A stretch of DNA of 64,000 bases. It comes from Podarcis erhardii. Lineage: Eukaryota. The notes beneath the pieces are model-generated. The model ran no database searches and had not been told where the DNA came from. It saw only the letters and a program-made list of their open reading frames with translations. A program made the translations under genes and the position numbers. This document shows positions 34,701-47,076 of this stretch, piece after piece. Location: assembly GCA_964252035.1 (NCBI GenBank), contig OZ176216.1, one strand, 5' to 3'. The stretch's first letter is position 1, and every line of letters begins with the position of its first letter.

Positions 34701-35489
34701 CTAGAAAAGAAATATTAAAACAACTGAAATTCCAGAACTACAGTCAACAAGGGATATATTTTCCTGGGGCAGGGGCTGAAAGACAATGTTAATGTAATGC
34801 GGGAAGAGACAACGGAACAAAAGTGGGCTTTAAAACAGTGAGAAGTATTTTGTGAATACAGTTCTAGAATTTTAGCTAAAGCTATACTCTCATTATTGTT
34901 TAAAGGTTTAAAATCTGGAACCATTCCATTCTGGGTTCACACCAAATTAGCTTTGGTCATCTTGAAGGATGACCTTTATCAGGAGAAGGGCAGGAGTAAT
35001 GTGACCCTGTTGCCTTTACACATGGATGAGGATCAATGAACTAAAGCTGAGGCCCTATGGGTAAGTGGTTCATGGTTCTGGGAAACAGAAGAGTTGCATG
35101 TTCGGGATGGGGCTGCTTTTGCCTGAAGGAATAGGTATCTAGCCTGGGGTATACCTAGATCTATCTCTGTCACTGGTGACTCAAGTAGGCTCCATGGCTA
35201 TGAATGCCTTTTTATAGCTCTGGCTGGTATGTCAGCTATGACTGTTCTTAGAAAGGCACAGCCTAAGCCAGTGACCCATGCCTTGGAAATTCTGAGATTG
35301 CAGTATATAATGTATTCAATGTGGGGCTGCTCTGAAGACTGTTTCGAAAGTTGCAGCTGGTGTACAATGTGGTAACTTGGTTGCTCAGTGGAGCACCATA
35401 CTGTGGGCATGTAACATCCCACTTGAAGAAACTGCACTGGCTTTCAATTTGCTATTAAACAAAGTTTAAGGGTCTACTGCAATTTATAA

Positions 35490-35740
35490 AACCTTAAACA
35501 ACTTGGAACCGGGTTGCACAAAGGAATGCTTCCTCCCATATAGACCTGTCCATGCAATGAGATCAGAAGATGAGCCCTCTTAATGCACCTTCCAGCCTCC
35601 AGACCACCAGGAAAAGGGCTGTTGTGACGGTAGCACCTACTATGTGGAACAGCCACCCTACAGAGTTACAGTAGGCACTATCTATATTATGTTTTGAAGG
35701 AGTTTTTAAGAGTACATGTTCACCAAGGCATTTTCCTGAG
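35490..35740 (+). mobile_element. L2 LINE 3' remnant
   Basis: Resembles squamate L2 3' ends (GCACCTACTATGTGGAA...AGGCATTTTCC). Confidence 0.55.
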
Positions 35741-35951
35741 TGCAATACTGGTTACTAATACTGACTGCACATACTCAGCATTTATACTGTGCATTTCAAG
35801 TGCTCACTGCTTTTCATATACAGCTTTTGGTTCTCAAAAAGTCAGTTTAGTATAATCCACTGATTTGTTGCTTTACAGAACAGACATTTGATCTAACGTG
35901 AGATGCAAGCAAAATCAATTTTTTTCATGGTGCACATAAATTGATACTTAC

Positions 35952-36133
35952 AGTCCACTTTAACATGATCTGAGTGTCGCTGACCGCCTCAGTGTAAGCA
36001 ATGTGTGGTCCTGTGATGGGTCGGTTGGAAAACCGATTGGTAAAGCCAGCTACCTGATAAGGCCGAGAGGCAGAACTTCGTGGGCTCTCCCCGTAGTTAT
36101 TAATAGCAATCACACGAAACTTATATGCAGCTC
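35952..36133 (-). CDS. CDON: CDON exon 13, FN3-2 end and FN3-3 start
   Basis: [17 protein letters not shown]...[20 protein letters not shown]; 182 nt, phase 1-0; weak AAG acceptor. Confidence 0.95.
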
Positions 36134-36635
36134 CTTTCATATGGCAAAAAAAGAGAGAACTGAGCATTAGATGAAAAGATAAAACCCAGCATTCTAGAAA
36201 CATAGAACAGAAAGATCCAAATGACCCTTGTTGTAAGGTTATCTTATACTATTTTTCTCACTTACTATGCTGGACATCCCTTCCTGATAGAAAGATCCAA
36301 TCTAGCTAAATACTGGATGAGATGTTATTTTCCACCAGAAAAGATATGGCAAGATGTGAGCACATGCCTGCTCTCTATACCAAGTTAGGAAAGTAAAAGC
36401 TGGTCAGTGACTTATTCTCATGCTTATTATGAAAATGCTGTTCAGATGCTTGACTAAAAAAGTTTGTGATAGTTAAGACACAAGGACTGCTAATTTCCCT
36501 GAATGTTATATAACATTGGTGGCATTAAAAGCAACATCCTATAGCTTAACGGGATGTTAACTTGGCTACAGCGCCAATGCAGAAATGCATAATACTGACT
36601 GTGATCTCTCTTGAACAAAAAATGCATATTAATAC

Positions 36636-36842
36636 CTGGATCCAAACTTCCAACTTCCACTGAAAGTTTGGAAGGGGAGATGTTATCAGCTGCAACCAGC
36701 CACTCACTGTTCCTGTTCATGCGTTTATATTCTACTTTAAAGGCAGTGATGGGTGATCCACCATTGGCACGTGGGATCCAAGTGACATAAACAGAAGTCT
36801 CTGATGCCGTGGAAATAGTAGGTCGATCTGGTGCCTCAGGTA
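36636..36842 (-). CDS. CDON: CDON exon 12, FN3-2
   Basis: [41 protein letters not shown]...LDP; 207 nt. Confidence 0.97.
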
Positions 36843-37838
36843 CTGAAATAGGAAATTGAGAAGGCTTCATAAAGATTTAGAATAGTTAGAAGCACTTGAT
36901 TTCTATACCCAGATTTTATTTAATAATGTGTTTCAGTCAAGTGAGAAAGAACATACTCAAATGTGCATTAGTCTTAAGCCCAGAAAATCCTTTCTGAAAT
37001 GCAAACATGGAAGATCATTTCAGTTTTCAAATATGGAGATAATTAAAGCTTCTTAGGGGGGAAAATAGCTAATTTGGCAATGTAGTCTATTGTATATAGA
37101 CTACGTTATGCCAGAACACTGTATTATGTCAGCGCACACCAGTCCTGAAGCATTAGCACATCATCAGAAACCAAGAGAATTGCATAGCTTAATTCACAAC
37201 CACAGAAATAGACAGGGTGATCTGCTGTGTCACTACTACTTGGTACCAAACTGAAATAAATGTATTGCACAGAAACCTCACCATTTGCAGAACAGAAAGC
37301 CTACAATCTAAACTGAAATTCCTAGATACAGTAACTATAAGAATAAAGCCTTCATAAGTATCAAGAAGCTTTAAGACCTCTTAGAAACAAGTTAGCTAGC
37401 ATTCAAAACCATGCATATTATATTAATACTTACTGAACTCACTTGAAGTTAGACAGCAGTGGGAACAGAAAGAATGGAGAGAGGTGGTGTTAGTAAGTGT
37501 GATTATAACCATTCTGGCAGACATATCCTTCAGTCTTTACTTTATTGGTTCATACACTTAAACTACATAGAGTACAGCATAGAGAATTAGGATATAATTT
37601 GGAAGAGGAAGATACATAGTTTAACCATGAAAAGGTTATATATTCTTAAGGCTATTTTCCAGCTTGTCATCTTCTACCACATAGGACAGACAACACATGC
37701 AAGCGCCGACACTTGACTATGTTGTTTCACATCAATTTAACTATGAAATGTTAAATTATTCTGTAAAATTTAGCAACGACAAAAGTGATGGAACATACAT
37801 TGGACTCATTTTTTAGTAAATGAGTAGGACATCTCTCA

Positions 37839-37915
37839 CTAATTATAAATTCCATTAATCCTACCATCTCAACATGCTAATTATAAATTCCATTAATCCT
37901 ACCATCTCAACATGC
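37839..37915. repeat. Perfect 38-bp tandem duplication
   Basis: CTAATTATAAATTCCATTAATCCTACCATCTCAACATG x2. Confidence 0.97.
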
Positions 37916-38849
37916 AACCCAAAGACCATCACAAATAATACATTTTGATTATACACTGGAACCCTCTTCATTACACAACAAATCATATAGGAAATCAGGA
38001 GGATAAATATATCATGTAATGAGTGAGGAGTCCTACTTTCTGGAAGGTTTGGATTAATCAAGGATTAGGCTCCCCACACTTCAGCTGATGCACAGAGAGT
38101 TCATTCTTGGACAAACTCTGATGAATCGGGGGGACCACTGTCTATCATCTGATGACATAATGTGTATACTCTGTCAAAGTTGGTCCACAAGGTGGGGGTC
38201 GACTAATTGGCAGATTAAATACTGCTTTCCAGCTGCAGTTTCTATCTGCCTGGCACCTCACATCACATATGATGTCAGGTTTGAGGCAAGTGGATGTGGT
38301 TTGGTGAAGCTCCACAGACCAGAGGTTCTCTGCCCCAATCTAGCTTACTGCAATCTACTCTGACTGGAAGCACTCTCCCAAAAGCAAAGGTCTTACCCAG
38401 CACTGCTACCTAAGATCTTTAACTGGATGTAGAAGCTGCCTTATACCACATCAGACTATCGAACATCTACTATCAGTACTGCCCACACTGAGCAGTGACA
38501 ATTTTCTAGGTTCTCAGTCTTTCATAATCAGCTACCAGATTTTTGTTTTAACTGAAGATGCCAGGGATTGAATTTGGATCCTCTTCATGCAAAGCATGCA
38601 TTCTGCAATGAGCTACGGGGCCTTCCCAATTCCACAAACAGTTTAGTGCTCAGTTGGTGTTCTTTTAAGTTGCTATACTGTCATTCAACTAGAAAAGTCA
38701 CAAATTGAACACTTACACATAAATGACCTGAAAATGAGATGAACAGCCAGAGAACATTCAGGAGGGTTTCCACACACACTCACACCCCAAACCGTAATGT
38801 ATGCTGCAGTATAAAATGCACAGACAAAAATCTGAATGGCAACACCTAC

Positions 38850-38981
38850 CTCCACTATGTCGAGATGAATCTGGAAGGACCACTCCAAAATTGTTGGTTG
38901 CCCCTTCTTGAATGACAGAGTGCTTAGGAATACCAACTGGTTGAGAGGGAGCCTGTGTATTTTTTGAGGAGGAGGTTCTTT
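38850..38981 (-). CDS. CDON: CDON exon 11, linker between FN3-1 and FN3-2
   Basis: Hand translation [44 protein letters not shown]; 132 nt; donor AG|GTAGGT. Confidence 0.95.
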
Positions 38982-39526
38982 CTAAGAGAGAATTATGTGC
39001 TCAGTGAGTGGAAGAAACCTTGCTAGTCAGTCAATATCCTCTCTTATGGCATGTTTTGAACCAAGTAGTAAAGGTTTATAATCACACACATCCTATACAA
39101 TTTTTATGCCATTTGAGAACAGCTTTCTGCCCCATGGAAATAGGCAGCAATACTATTGAACCTAAATAATATTTACACTACAGAAAACTGAATATGCCAT
39201 GCTGTTGATGGTACATCAGTTTAGCCTTTGCTATAGGACAGCCCGAATCTACAAGTCTGTTTCAATGGAACTTTGGGAAGTTCCCAAGGAAAGCGTATTC
39301 TCATTGTGAAGAGATCCTAAAGTGCCCTTCTATGTATGAAAGAGCACAGCCTCCCAATAATGCAAGAAAGGTGATTTTGCCAATCTGCCTTCATTCCTGC
39401 AGCCAGCCAACCAGCCAGACAACTTTCAATACTGTTCCCAAGGGACCCCCACTCTACCAGAGTAAATTTTCCTAGGGGCTAAAGAGGAGAGGAGAAATTT
39501 GCAAAAATCACCTTCCTCCCCTTATA

Positions 39527-39876
39527 CAGTGGTACCTCGCAAGACGAATGCCTCATAAGACGAAAAACTCGCAAAACGAAAGTTTTCCGTTTTTTGAGTT
39601 GCTTCGCAAGACGGATTTCCCTATGGGCTTGCTTCGCAAGACGAAAACGTCTTGCAAGTTTGTTTCCTTTGTCTTGCAAGTTTGTTTCCTTTTTCTTAAA
39701 ACCGTGCATTCACTTCGAGGAGCAACTCATAGCACGCGGTGTGGTAGCCTTTTTTGAGGTTTTTGAAGACTGGTGATTTTTGAAGCTTTTCCAAAGTCCG
39801 TGCTTCGCAAGACGAAAAAATCGCAAGACGAAAAAACTCGCGGAACAAATTAATTTTGTCTTGCGAGGCACCACTG
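39527..39876. mobile_element. Tc/mariner (Tigger-like) MITE, GCAAGACGAA family
   Basis: TA|CAGTGGTACCTCGCAAGACGAA...TTTGTCTTGCGAGGCACCACTG|TA; 350 bp. Confidence 0.92.
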
Positions 39877-40121
39877 TATCAGCAAGTGCTGACATTGTTC
39901 TGTGAATGGAAGATCACTCACAGAATCTCAGGGTTCTACTCAGACTGCAGATCTATGTTCAGTTCCTGAATCCTGGTTCAGAGCAAGTACTGGACATGGA
40001 GTTCCAATGAGACTGCAGCCACTATCTTTGTTTTTTTTATGGGTATTATAGGTCTCCACAAATGGGAACTTTAGAAAAAAGCCCATCAACTGCAATGTAT
40101 TTTGAGTACATGCTTACTTAC

Positions 40122-40293
40122 CTTTGCTAGTACGGAAAGTAAGCATGGAAGGCTGGCCTTCACCGGCCACATTTCTGGCTACCATCAAGACTTCATAGAG
40201 ACTGGAAGGTTCCAGTTCTGAGAGAGAAAGTTCATTTTCGCTTCCAGGGACACGAACTGTATTCCAGTTGGTAACATTGAGATTATCATCCAA
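40122..40293 (-). CDS. CDON: CDON exon 10, FN3-1 C-half
   Basis: [22 protein letters not shown]...[15 protein letters not shown]...FRTSK; 172 nt; donor AG|GTAAGT. Confidence 0.96.
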
Positions 40294-40852
40294 CTGCAAA
40301 AAGGAATCACAAGAGGCTAAGAGCAAATAAACCGCTATCTGAATCTGCTGCAGTTAAAAACAGGAAAGAAAAGTCTAAATATAAGCTAATACCTTAGTTA
40401 TTTCACTATAAGAAAGTGAAAACAAGTAACTGATGTGAAAGAGTTTTCTTAATGACTTTTCCTGCAAAGCTTAGAGCAAGCTTTAGGAGCAGAGACTTGA
40501 ATGCACTGGGACATGGAGTTTCCTAATCTTGCTAGGATTTCTGGTTTTCTCCCCAAGCTTCTGGGCAGTATTTAAGGAGGTTAAATTGGAAACTCCCAAG
40601 GCTCTATTTCATGTTGCCAGTAGCAAAGGAACCTTAAACTTCTTCATTCCTAAATAGCTACCTACAGATCCAGATGGATGTATCTCTCTTTGGCCTAATA
40701 TTATCATCAAATACCAGAGTTCTGTACCATGTATGTGTGTGTGTGTAACATAAGCCCTGTTTGTTACTAAAAATGATGGCAGTCCAACTCATCCAATTTT
40801 CAAAAAAATGAAGCACAAAGTTTATCAAATATAATGCAATTTGAACAAGTAC

Positions 40853-41145
40853 CTTGCGGTATTTCACAAAATAGGCATTAATTGGCTGACCACCATCTTT
40901 TCCAGGGCGCCATACCAGATTGTACTGATCTGGTTTAAGAGTCTGTGGAGGACTGAGAATGATCGGAGCTTCTGGTGGAGAAATGCCACTGGATGTTTTT
41001 TCTGTAGCGACTTCTTCAGTAAGAATCTCTGTTGGAGATGAACTTTGAAGGCCCGTATCAGAATCATAATCTCCATCTCCTTCATCACTCTGGGCAATTT
41101 CCACAGGAGCTATTTCTTCTGCTTTTGTACTAGCTTCGTAGGAAT
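40853..41145 (-). CDS. CDON: CDON exon 9, linker and FN3-1 N-half
   Basis: DSYEASTK...PEAPIILSPPQT...YNLVWRPGKDGGQPINAYFVKYRK; 293 nt, phase 1-0. Confidence 0.96.
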
Positions 41146-41953
41146 CTACAGAAGGAAGTTGAAGGTTAGAGATAAGCAGTGAAAGAAAAAGAGGCACCAG
41201 AACTCTCCACAAACGCTTCCCTTAATCTCTTATAAGGGCAATGGTGTCTGCCTGAGAGATGCCGAAACTGAGTTCTGGCAAGTTCCAGCTGAAAAAAAGC
41301 CCTGGAGATATGCATGGATTCCAATGTTGTTGGTTTGCAAATACCATCAGCTCCAGCCAATAGCCAATGGCTAGGTATGATGGAAGTTGTAATCCAACAG
41401 CACCTGAAGGGCATCATTTTGGCTACCCCTGCCCTACAGAACAAAAAATATTGCTTTGCTTTTTGATCTTTACCAACAAATATGAAAGACACGTTCTTGT
41501 GGCACAGTGAGCCAGTTTGCACATCACACAAAAGCATAATTAAATATAAAATAAAAATAACACTCAGATTTAACATGAACAAGCACTGGGCACCGGCACA
41601 CAAGTGAGTCATACCTTACTTTGCTCCTTCCCTGCTCCTGTGTTTTCCACGCCAGGAGGAAACAAACCACAGCCCTGGCTTAGCATTCTGTGTGAACTAA
41701 AAGTCATCGTTTATTTCCACCCGACCAACCACAACTGTTAAGTCAAGAACCCTGGTTTCCATTCATGGGTTTGCTTGGCCAGAAACATAGCATGATAAAT
41801 TGCAGAATATGTATGAACAGCAACAGGCAGATGCTCCTGACCATCCATTAGATGTATGATTTGTCCAAATCCAATAAAATAAAAAGTTATCCTGACAGTA
41901 CTTCAGCCAAAATATCTGCACACTATTGGAGCAGCAACTTGGATGCCACTTAC

Positions 41954-42310
41954 CAACGGTAAGGAAAGCTTCGGAACGAGCAGTCCCATATTCATTAATT
42001 GCTTCACAGGTATATTTCCCAGCATGCTCTGATGTTACAGGCTGAACATATAAGGAGCTTGATCCACTGCGAGACATGATGAAGTAGGTTCTGTCTGAAA
42101 TGGAGCTGCCAGTTCTTGCTTGGGAAGATGACTTCCGTGGTTTTGAATATAGCACCTGTGAAGGATGGCTGGTAATCAGCCCATGACTATTGTACCAACG
42201 GATTACAGGCGGAGGCAACCCAGTGGCATTGCAGGACAGTGTGACTGTGTCACCTTCTGCTACTCTGCTGTTTGCTGGCAGCGAGGTTATAGTTGGCTTG
42301 AAGCCTCTGT
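41954..42310 (-). CDS. CDON: CDON exon 8, Ig5
   Basis: DRGFKPTIT...[30 protein letters not shown]...HAGKYTCEA...AFLTV; 357 nt; donor GTAAGT. Confidence 0.96.
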
Positions 42311-42985
42311 CTATTAAAAATATAAATATAAGATACAAACTCATATTATAATAAAATACAGTACTGTTCTTGCATATCCCGAAGCCAGCACAGTCATAAA
42401 GGGGGCCAGGGGGTAATATATGGACATCTATGCACATAAAAGCTAAGTAGACTGCTTTGGGCCACAAACACATCAGAACCCACTCATGCAGGTGCTGTGA
42501 TTGTTAACTACTCTAGTAAAAGAATATTTAATATGCTGAAGAGAAAGAAACTGAAAGCTTTCAAATATGCTCCCTAAACTAACACATCAGCAAGAAGTAT
42601 TATCAGAATTCCATTATTTGAGATCCTGCATATATAAGTTTACAGCTGGAATTTAGTTTCAATTGGCAACATCATCAAAACCATTAGCAACACTCTCAAC
42701 ACCATCAAAACTAAGAGGCTAATAAATTTAGTCTGTCGCAATCTCATAGCTCACACACTAGGTGGCCTATCAAAAATTGGCTAGTATTTGATCAGTGGAC
42801 TACAGTCTACTTTGCAACACAAGAAATGAGGTCTACCATTTTAAAGCGTAACTTGTTGATCAGAACAATTTAGGAGAATAATCCCAGGAAGCAACAGGCT
42901 ATTTTCATGTTAGACTGAAAGATGTCAAAAAGAAAAGCAGAAGTTTATAAACAGAAAGGTGTTTGATGTGATTTATTTTTTTTAC

Positions 42986-43255
42986 CTCCTTGGGAATGAA
43001 GTCTCCCAGTAGACTGCACAAATCCAATGCCATTGTTGACTAAACACTGATACAACCCTGAATCTTCTCTGGTGAAACCATTAATTCTCAGCTTGTTTCC
43101 TGAAGGTAAGTGCCGTGAAGAAAGATGGACAGGAGCTGCATTATGGTACCAGGTGAGGTTAGGTGTCGGGTTTCCATGTATTTCACAGGAAAGATGTATA
43201 TTTTTACCCAGGGACACTAACTGATCTTGCAATCCTTTTGAAATTGATGGTGATT
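42986..43255 (-). CDS. CDON: CDON exon 7, Ig4
   Basis: [12 protein letters not shown]...[16 protein letters not shown]...DSGLYQC...RLHSQG; 270 nt; donor AG|GTAAAA. Confidence 0.95.
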
Positions 43256-43391
43256 CTAGAATGGAAAAGAAAATGCACATATGATATGCTGCTTTCATTC
43301 TGTTAATTTCACAATAGCATGTCTCATGGACCATAAATTTATTGCTTCAAAAAGACTCGCCAATCAAGCATTTTGCCACTGCATATCTTAC

Positions 43392-43679
43392 CAAGTACAT
43401 TCACACTGTAGTTTACATGTTTCACAACTCCGGACTTGTTATCCACCACACAGGAGTAATTTCCAGCATCTGACGTATTAATCGAGTCTATCATAAGATG
43501 AGAGTGAAGCATTCTCCACCTGCCTTTAGTGAGTACATCTTGGTCATCCTTATACCAATGGACATAAGAAACAGACAGCCCACTAACAACACATTCCAAC
43601 ATCAAAGGATTGTGCTGAGGTACTGTCAAAGTCTGAGAAGTGGTGGGATGAACAATGTGAAAGTTGTCTGAGGAAGAGC
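43392..43679 (-). CDS. CDON: CDON exon 6, Ig3
   Basis: [20 protein letters not shown]...LECVVSG...DAGNYSC...VNVL; 288 nt; donor GTAAGA. Confidence 0.96.
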
Positions 43680-44293
43680 CTAGAAATTGAGAGGAAAGGA
43701 TACATGAGTTCTTTTCAATTGGGTGTTCAAGACTCTCTGGCTTCCTACATTCTCATCAAGGCATTATGTTTCTATACCATTTTATAAACATGCCAACATA
43801 ACCACCCACTGTTGACCCTAGGCTGAGTGAAGATGTAACATTTGATTGTACAGTAGTTTGTTCCCTTCAGCCTGGTTAAATTTCCAAACATTTGCCAGGC
43901 ATAGCCAAGCTAAACCTTAAGTAGTACACATTAGTAAGATCTGCTTATCACTTTTCTTTCTTTCTTCATTTCTCTGCTTGCAAACTGCTTTAACCATAAG
44001 AATCTACCTTACACGAAGCCAGACTATTGGTTTATTTAGCTCAGTATTGCTTATCATGTCTGGCAGCAGCTCTCCAGGGTTTCAAGGTGTGAGCATTTCT
44101 TGGTCCTACCTAGAGAGGCCAACTTTTTCATGCAAAGCATATGCTCTGCCAATGAGTTGTGGCCCTTTGCAATGGTCTGCTTGATGCAGATGCAACTCTT
44201 AAAAAAGGTTAATACTAACTACAATTTACAAACACACTCCAAATTATGTTTTCACATCCATAATAATAATTTAGGTATTTAGATTCAATGCTA

Positions 44294-44338
44294 AATTTTA
44301 GTCCTATCACATTCAATTTTAGTCCTATCACATTCAAT
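44294..44338. repeat. Perfect 21-bp tandem duplication
   Basis: AATTTTAGTCCTATCACATTC x2 plus AAT. Confidence 0.95.
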
Positions 44339-44344
44339 ACTCAC

Positions 44345-44488
44345 TGCTGATTATGAGCTTATGTCCATTGGGTTCATGTTTAAGATCATCAGTGACAGGG
44401 TTATATGCTGCACACTTATAGAATCCTTTGTCATCTGAAGATACATTCAAAATTTGCAGATTTCCAGATGGGAGAATTAGGTAGTTTT
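44345..44488 (-). CDS. CDON: CDON exon 5, Ig2 C-half
   Basis: Hand translation [48 protein letters not shown]; 144 nt; donor GTGAGT; not in the ORF track. Confidence 0.96.
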
Positions 44489-44664
44489 CTAGGATAAAAT
44501 TGGGTTATTATTAATTAAGTTGCTATGGACTGCACACTCAAGTGTGCAGATTAATCAGTGTTTACTGAAACAGAAAGATAATGTAATGACCAAAGCTCAA
44601 ATTACTGTAGCAATTCCTAATGGTCAGGAAAACAGACAGAAAGTGAAATCCCTCTATATTCGTA

Positions 44665-44665
<1 letters not shown>

Positions 44666-44697
<32 letters not shown>
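44666..44697. repeat. (AC)16 microsatellite
   Basis: Directly visible in CDON intron 4. Confidence 0.97.
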
Positions 44698-44699
<2 letters not shown>

Positions 44700-44804
44700 A
44701 TATATCTATGCAAAAGTAAGTTCTATGGAGTTCCATGGGACTTATTCCTTGGTAAGGGTGCTCTGGATTGCAGCCATTTATATCTTTTTATTACACAGTC
44801 TCAC

Positions 44805-44951
44805 CTGTTGATTGTTCCAGCCATTTCCCTCGTACACGGAAACGAATATGTGCCTCTGGACTACTTTTTGGTGGCTTGCAACTGATTAAAGCAGTATTCC
44901 CTTCTTCCGCAACAATTGTGTTCCTCACTGAGGTCTCAAAATCATCAAGAT
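44805..44951 (-). CDS. CDON: CDON exon 4, Ig2 N-half
   Basis: YLDDFETSVRNTIVAEEGNTALISC...RGKWLEQST; 147 nt; donor AG|GTGAGA. Confidence 0.96.
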
Positions 44952-45810
44952 CTAGAAGAAAACGTAGTTCTTTCTTTAAAGGTTCAGAAAATACAGCAGG
45001 ATCTACTTCCAAAGTTTTGGGTTTAATAAAAAAGTGGTGCTCAAGTCCTGATCAGAGGATATTTCTCAGGAGAGAATGTCAATGCAGTAACAATGAAGGA
45101 AAGCCTTAAGTTCATGTGTGTCCTTCCCCTCCCACTTTACTAAGCACAGAAATTAAAGTTCCAGCATCCAGCTCAGTTTGAAGTTTATTTTCTACAAGCT
45201 CTGTGTGTGCGCACACGTATGTGCGGGGGAAGAATATACCTCAGTCTGAATCTCCATTATTACTGTATTGACTGTCTCCTGAAAAGCACCATCTAAAAAT
45301 TCTTCTAACCTTTTCGACCTCAACAATGCTATATCGGCATTTTGTTCCTGCAATGGAAGATAATTAGAACAGCAGAACAGAAATTCGACAATGTGTAGAA
45401 TATAGTGCTGTTGTACAGTATTGCCATGCCAGTTTTCATCGGCTAGGTTTGCACAGCACATTAAACCATTGTTAAAACAAATTATGACTGAGTTTGAATG
45501 AGCAGAGTTGCTGGTGCATACTGCTGAGAGTACACATGTCTTCTTCCTCCCCGGCTCCTGCTGTACTGCAGGGAAATAAGCCATGATCTGGTATGTCATG
45601 TCATCTGAACCCACTCTTGTGGTTTGTTTATCTCCAAATAACTTTGGCTTCCATATGTTGGGTTTGAACAACATGACATGCAGCGGCAAGGAAGAAGTGA
45701 AGTGCCCATGACTTCAGCAGCATGCATGAACATGCTGCTCCACACTGGTTTCTTTTAACTATGGTTTAATGTGATGTGTGAACTGGGCCACTGTTTTGTA
45801 CAATTCTCAG

Positions 45811-45848
45811 CTTATGATGCTAGCTCACTTATGATGCTAGCTCACTTA
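45811..45848. repeat. Perfect 17-bp tandem duplication
   Basis: CTTATGATGCTAGCTCA x2 plus CTTA. Confidence 0.95.
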
Positions 45849-46803
45849 AATGCCAATTCACCTACCAGTAGCTCCACCATTGCCATTTTCACCTCCAAGA
45901 GGTACGGTACACTTAGATATATTCACAATTTATTGCAACCAGTAGAGTTTGTCAGTGCTAACTGACCTTTATAAGCTCTCAAGGGAATCCTGCTATGGGT
46001 CAATACTCTACAAAAACCCTAACCCTAACTCTACAAAAACACTTACCAGTCTGAATTATGAGAAAATTTTCTCTTATGGATATTTGGGATATGATTCATA
46101 TACACAGCATCTTTATAAAGGAGATTCTTTAACTCAGACTTACAAGACAATTCAAGCATCTTACTTCTGATCCCCAAAAGCCAAATCATCCTCAAGTTGG
46201 AAATACTTTTGAAAACAAGAGGGGGAAAGGTTTTCAAAAGACAAATATAAGCATGGGATGATTTTGTTGAGGCCTTTTAACTTTCATTTAAGATTGTATT
46301 TGCAAATCTAATTTTTTTACAGTTGATTATGGTTTATAATGTAAATTATGGCAATTCCCATGGAATTAACAAGCTTTTGTTCCCCTCCCCTTTCAATTCA
46401 GGTAAAACTGATCAAACTTGCACCATCTACCTAAAAACTAGGGGGTGTTTGGATAGGCCTTCAGATAAAGATTTCTTCATTTAGCACAAACTCCCTTTCT
46501 AGAACATGTTTATAAATTGCAATATGAGGACTGAATTTTACTGGAAGAAATTAGTAATAGTTTCTTTCTATATTATGTAGTTAACTTCAAGAGAAAAACA
46601 CAAAATAGATACTTTGCTTTACTATGTGCTTCTAACACAGAGGTCACCCCTTTGTCCCAAATAAGGCATGTTTAAAGACACATAAATTCCTCCAAGACGT
46701 TAAATTCATGGATGTGGCAAACAAAAAAAAATGGACAAAATAAAAGGAAACGTTATAAAAGAATAATGTGCTCAGTTTTACCATAAATAAAAGTATAACT
46801 TAC

Positions 46804-47076
46804 AGGCAATAGATACTGTTGCAGGCCTGCTGATAATTGCACCAATGCTGCTATTGACTATGCATTGATATACACCAGAATTTGAAGGGCTAAGGGAGAA
46901 GATTGTAAGGTATCCTGGCTGTGAGTCTACTTGCTCCACTTTCTTGTGTAATTTCTCTCCATTGAATAGCCAAGCTACATGAGCTGTAGAGGGCTCAGCA
47001 GTACAATGAAGCTTTACAGTTGCACCAGGTTTCTGGATGATAGAAAGTGGCTCAGAAACAAAGTGAGGAATCAAGT
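46804..47076 (-). CDS. CDON: CDON exon 3, Ig1
   Basis: DLIPHFVSEPLS...GVYQCIVNSSIGAIISRPATVSIA; 273 nt, phase 1-1; tctag acceptor, GTAAGT donor. Confidence 0.96.

Noticed and set aside
40658-42473. ORF extensions beyond exons 8 and 9 as soluble isoforms
   Set aside because: Read-through past good donors with no supporting evidence
45202-45225. Alternating purine-pyrimidine tract (also 15628-15647), possible Z-DNA
   Set aside because: Short and microsatellite-like; common, with no sign of function
45192-45689. 165-aa ORF in intron 3
   Set aside because: No recognisable domain, not needed for CDON continuity
37839-45848. Short direct repeats as a CRISPR-like array
   Set aside because: Eukaryotic locus; adjacent duplications without spacers or cas genes
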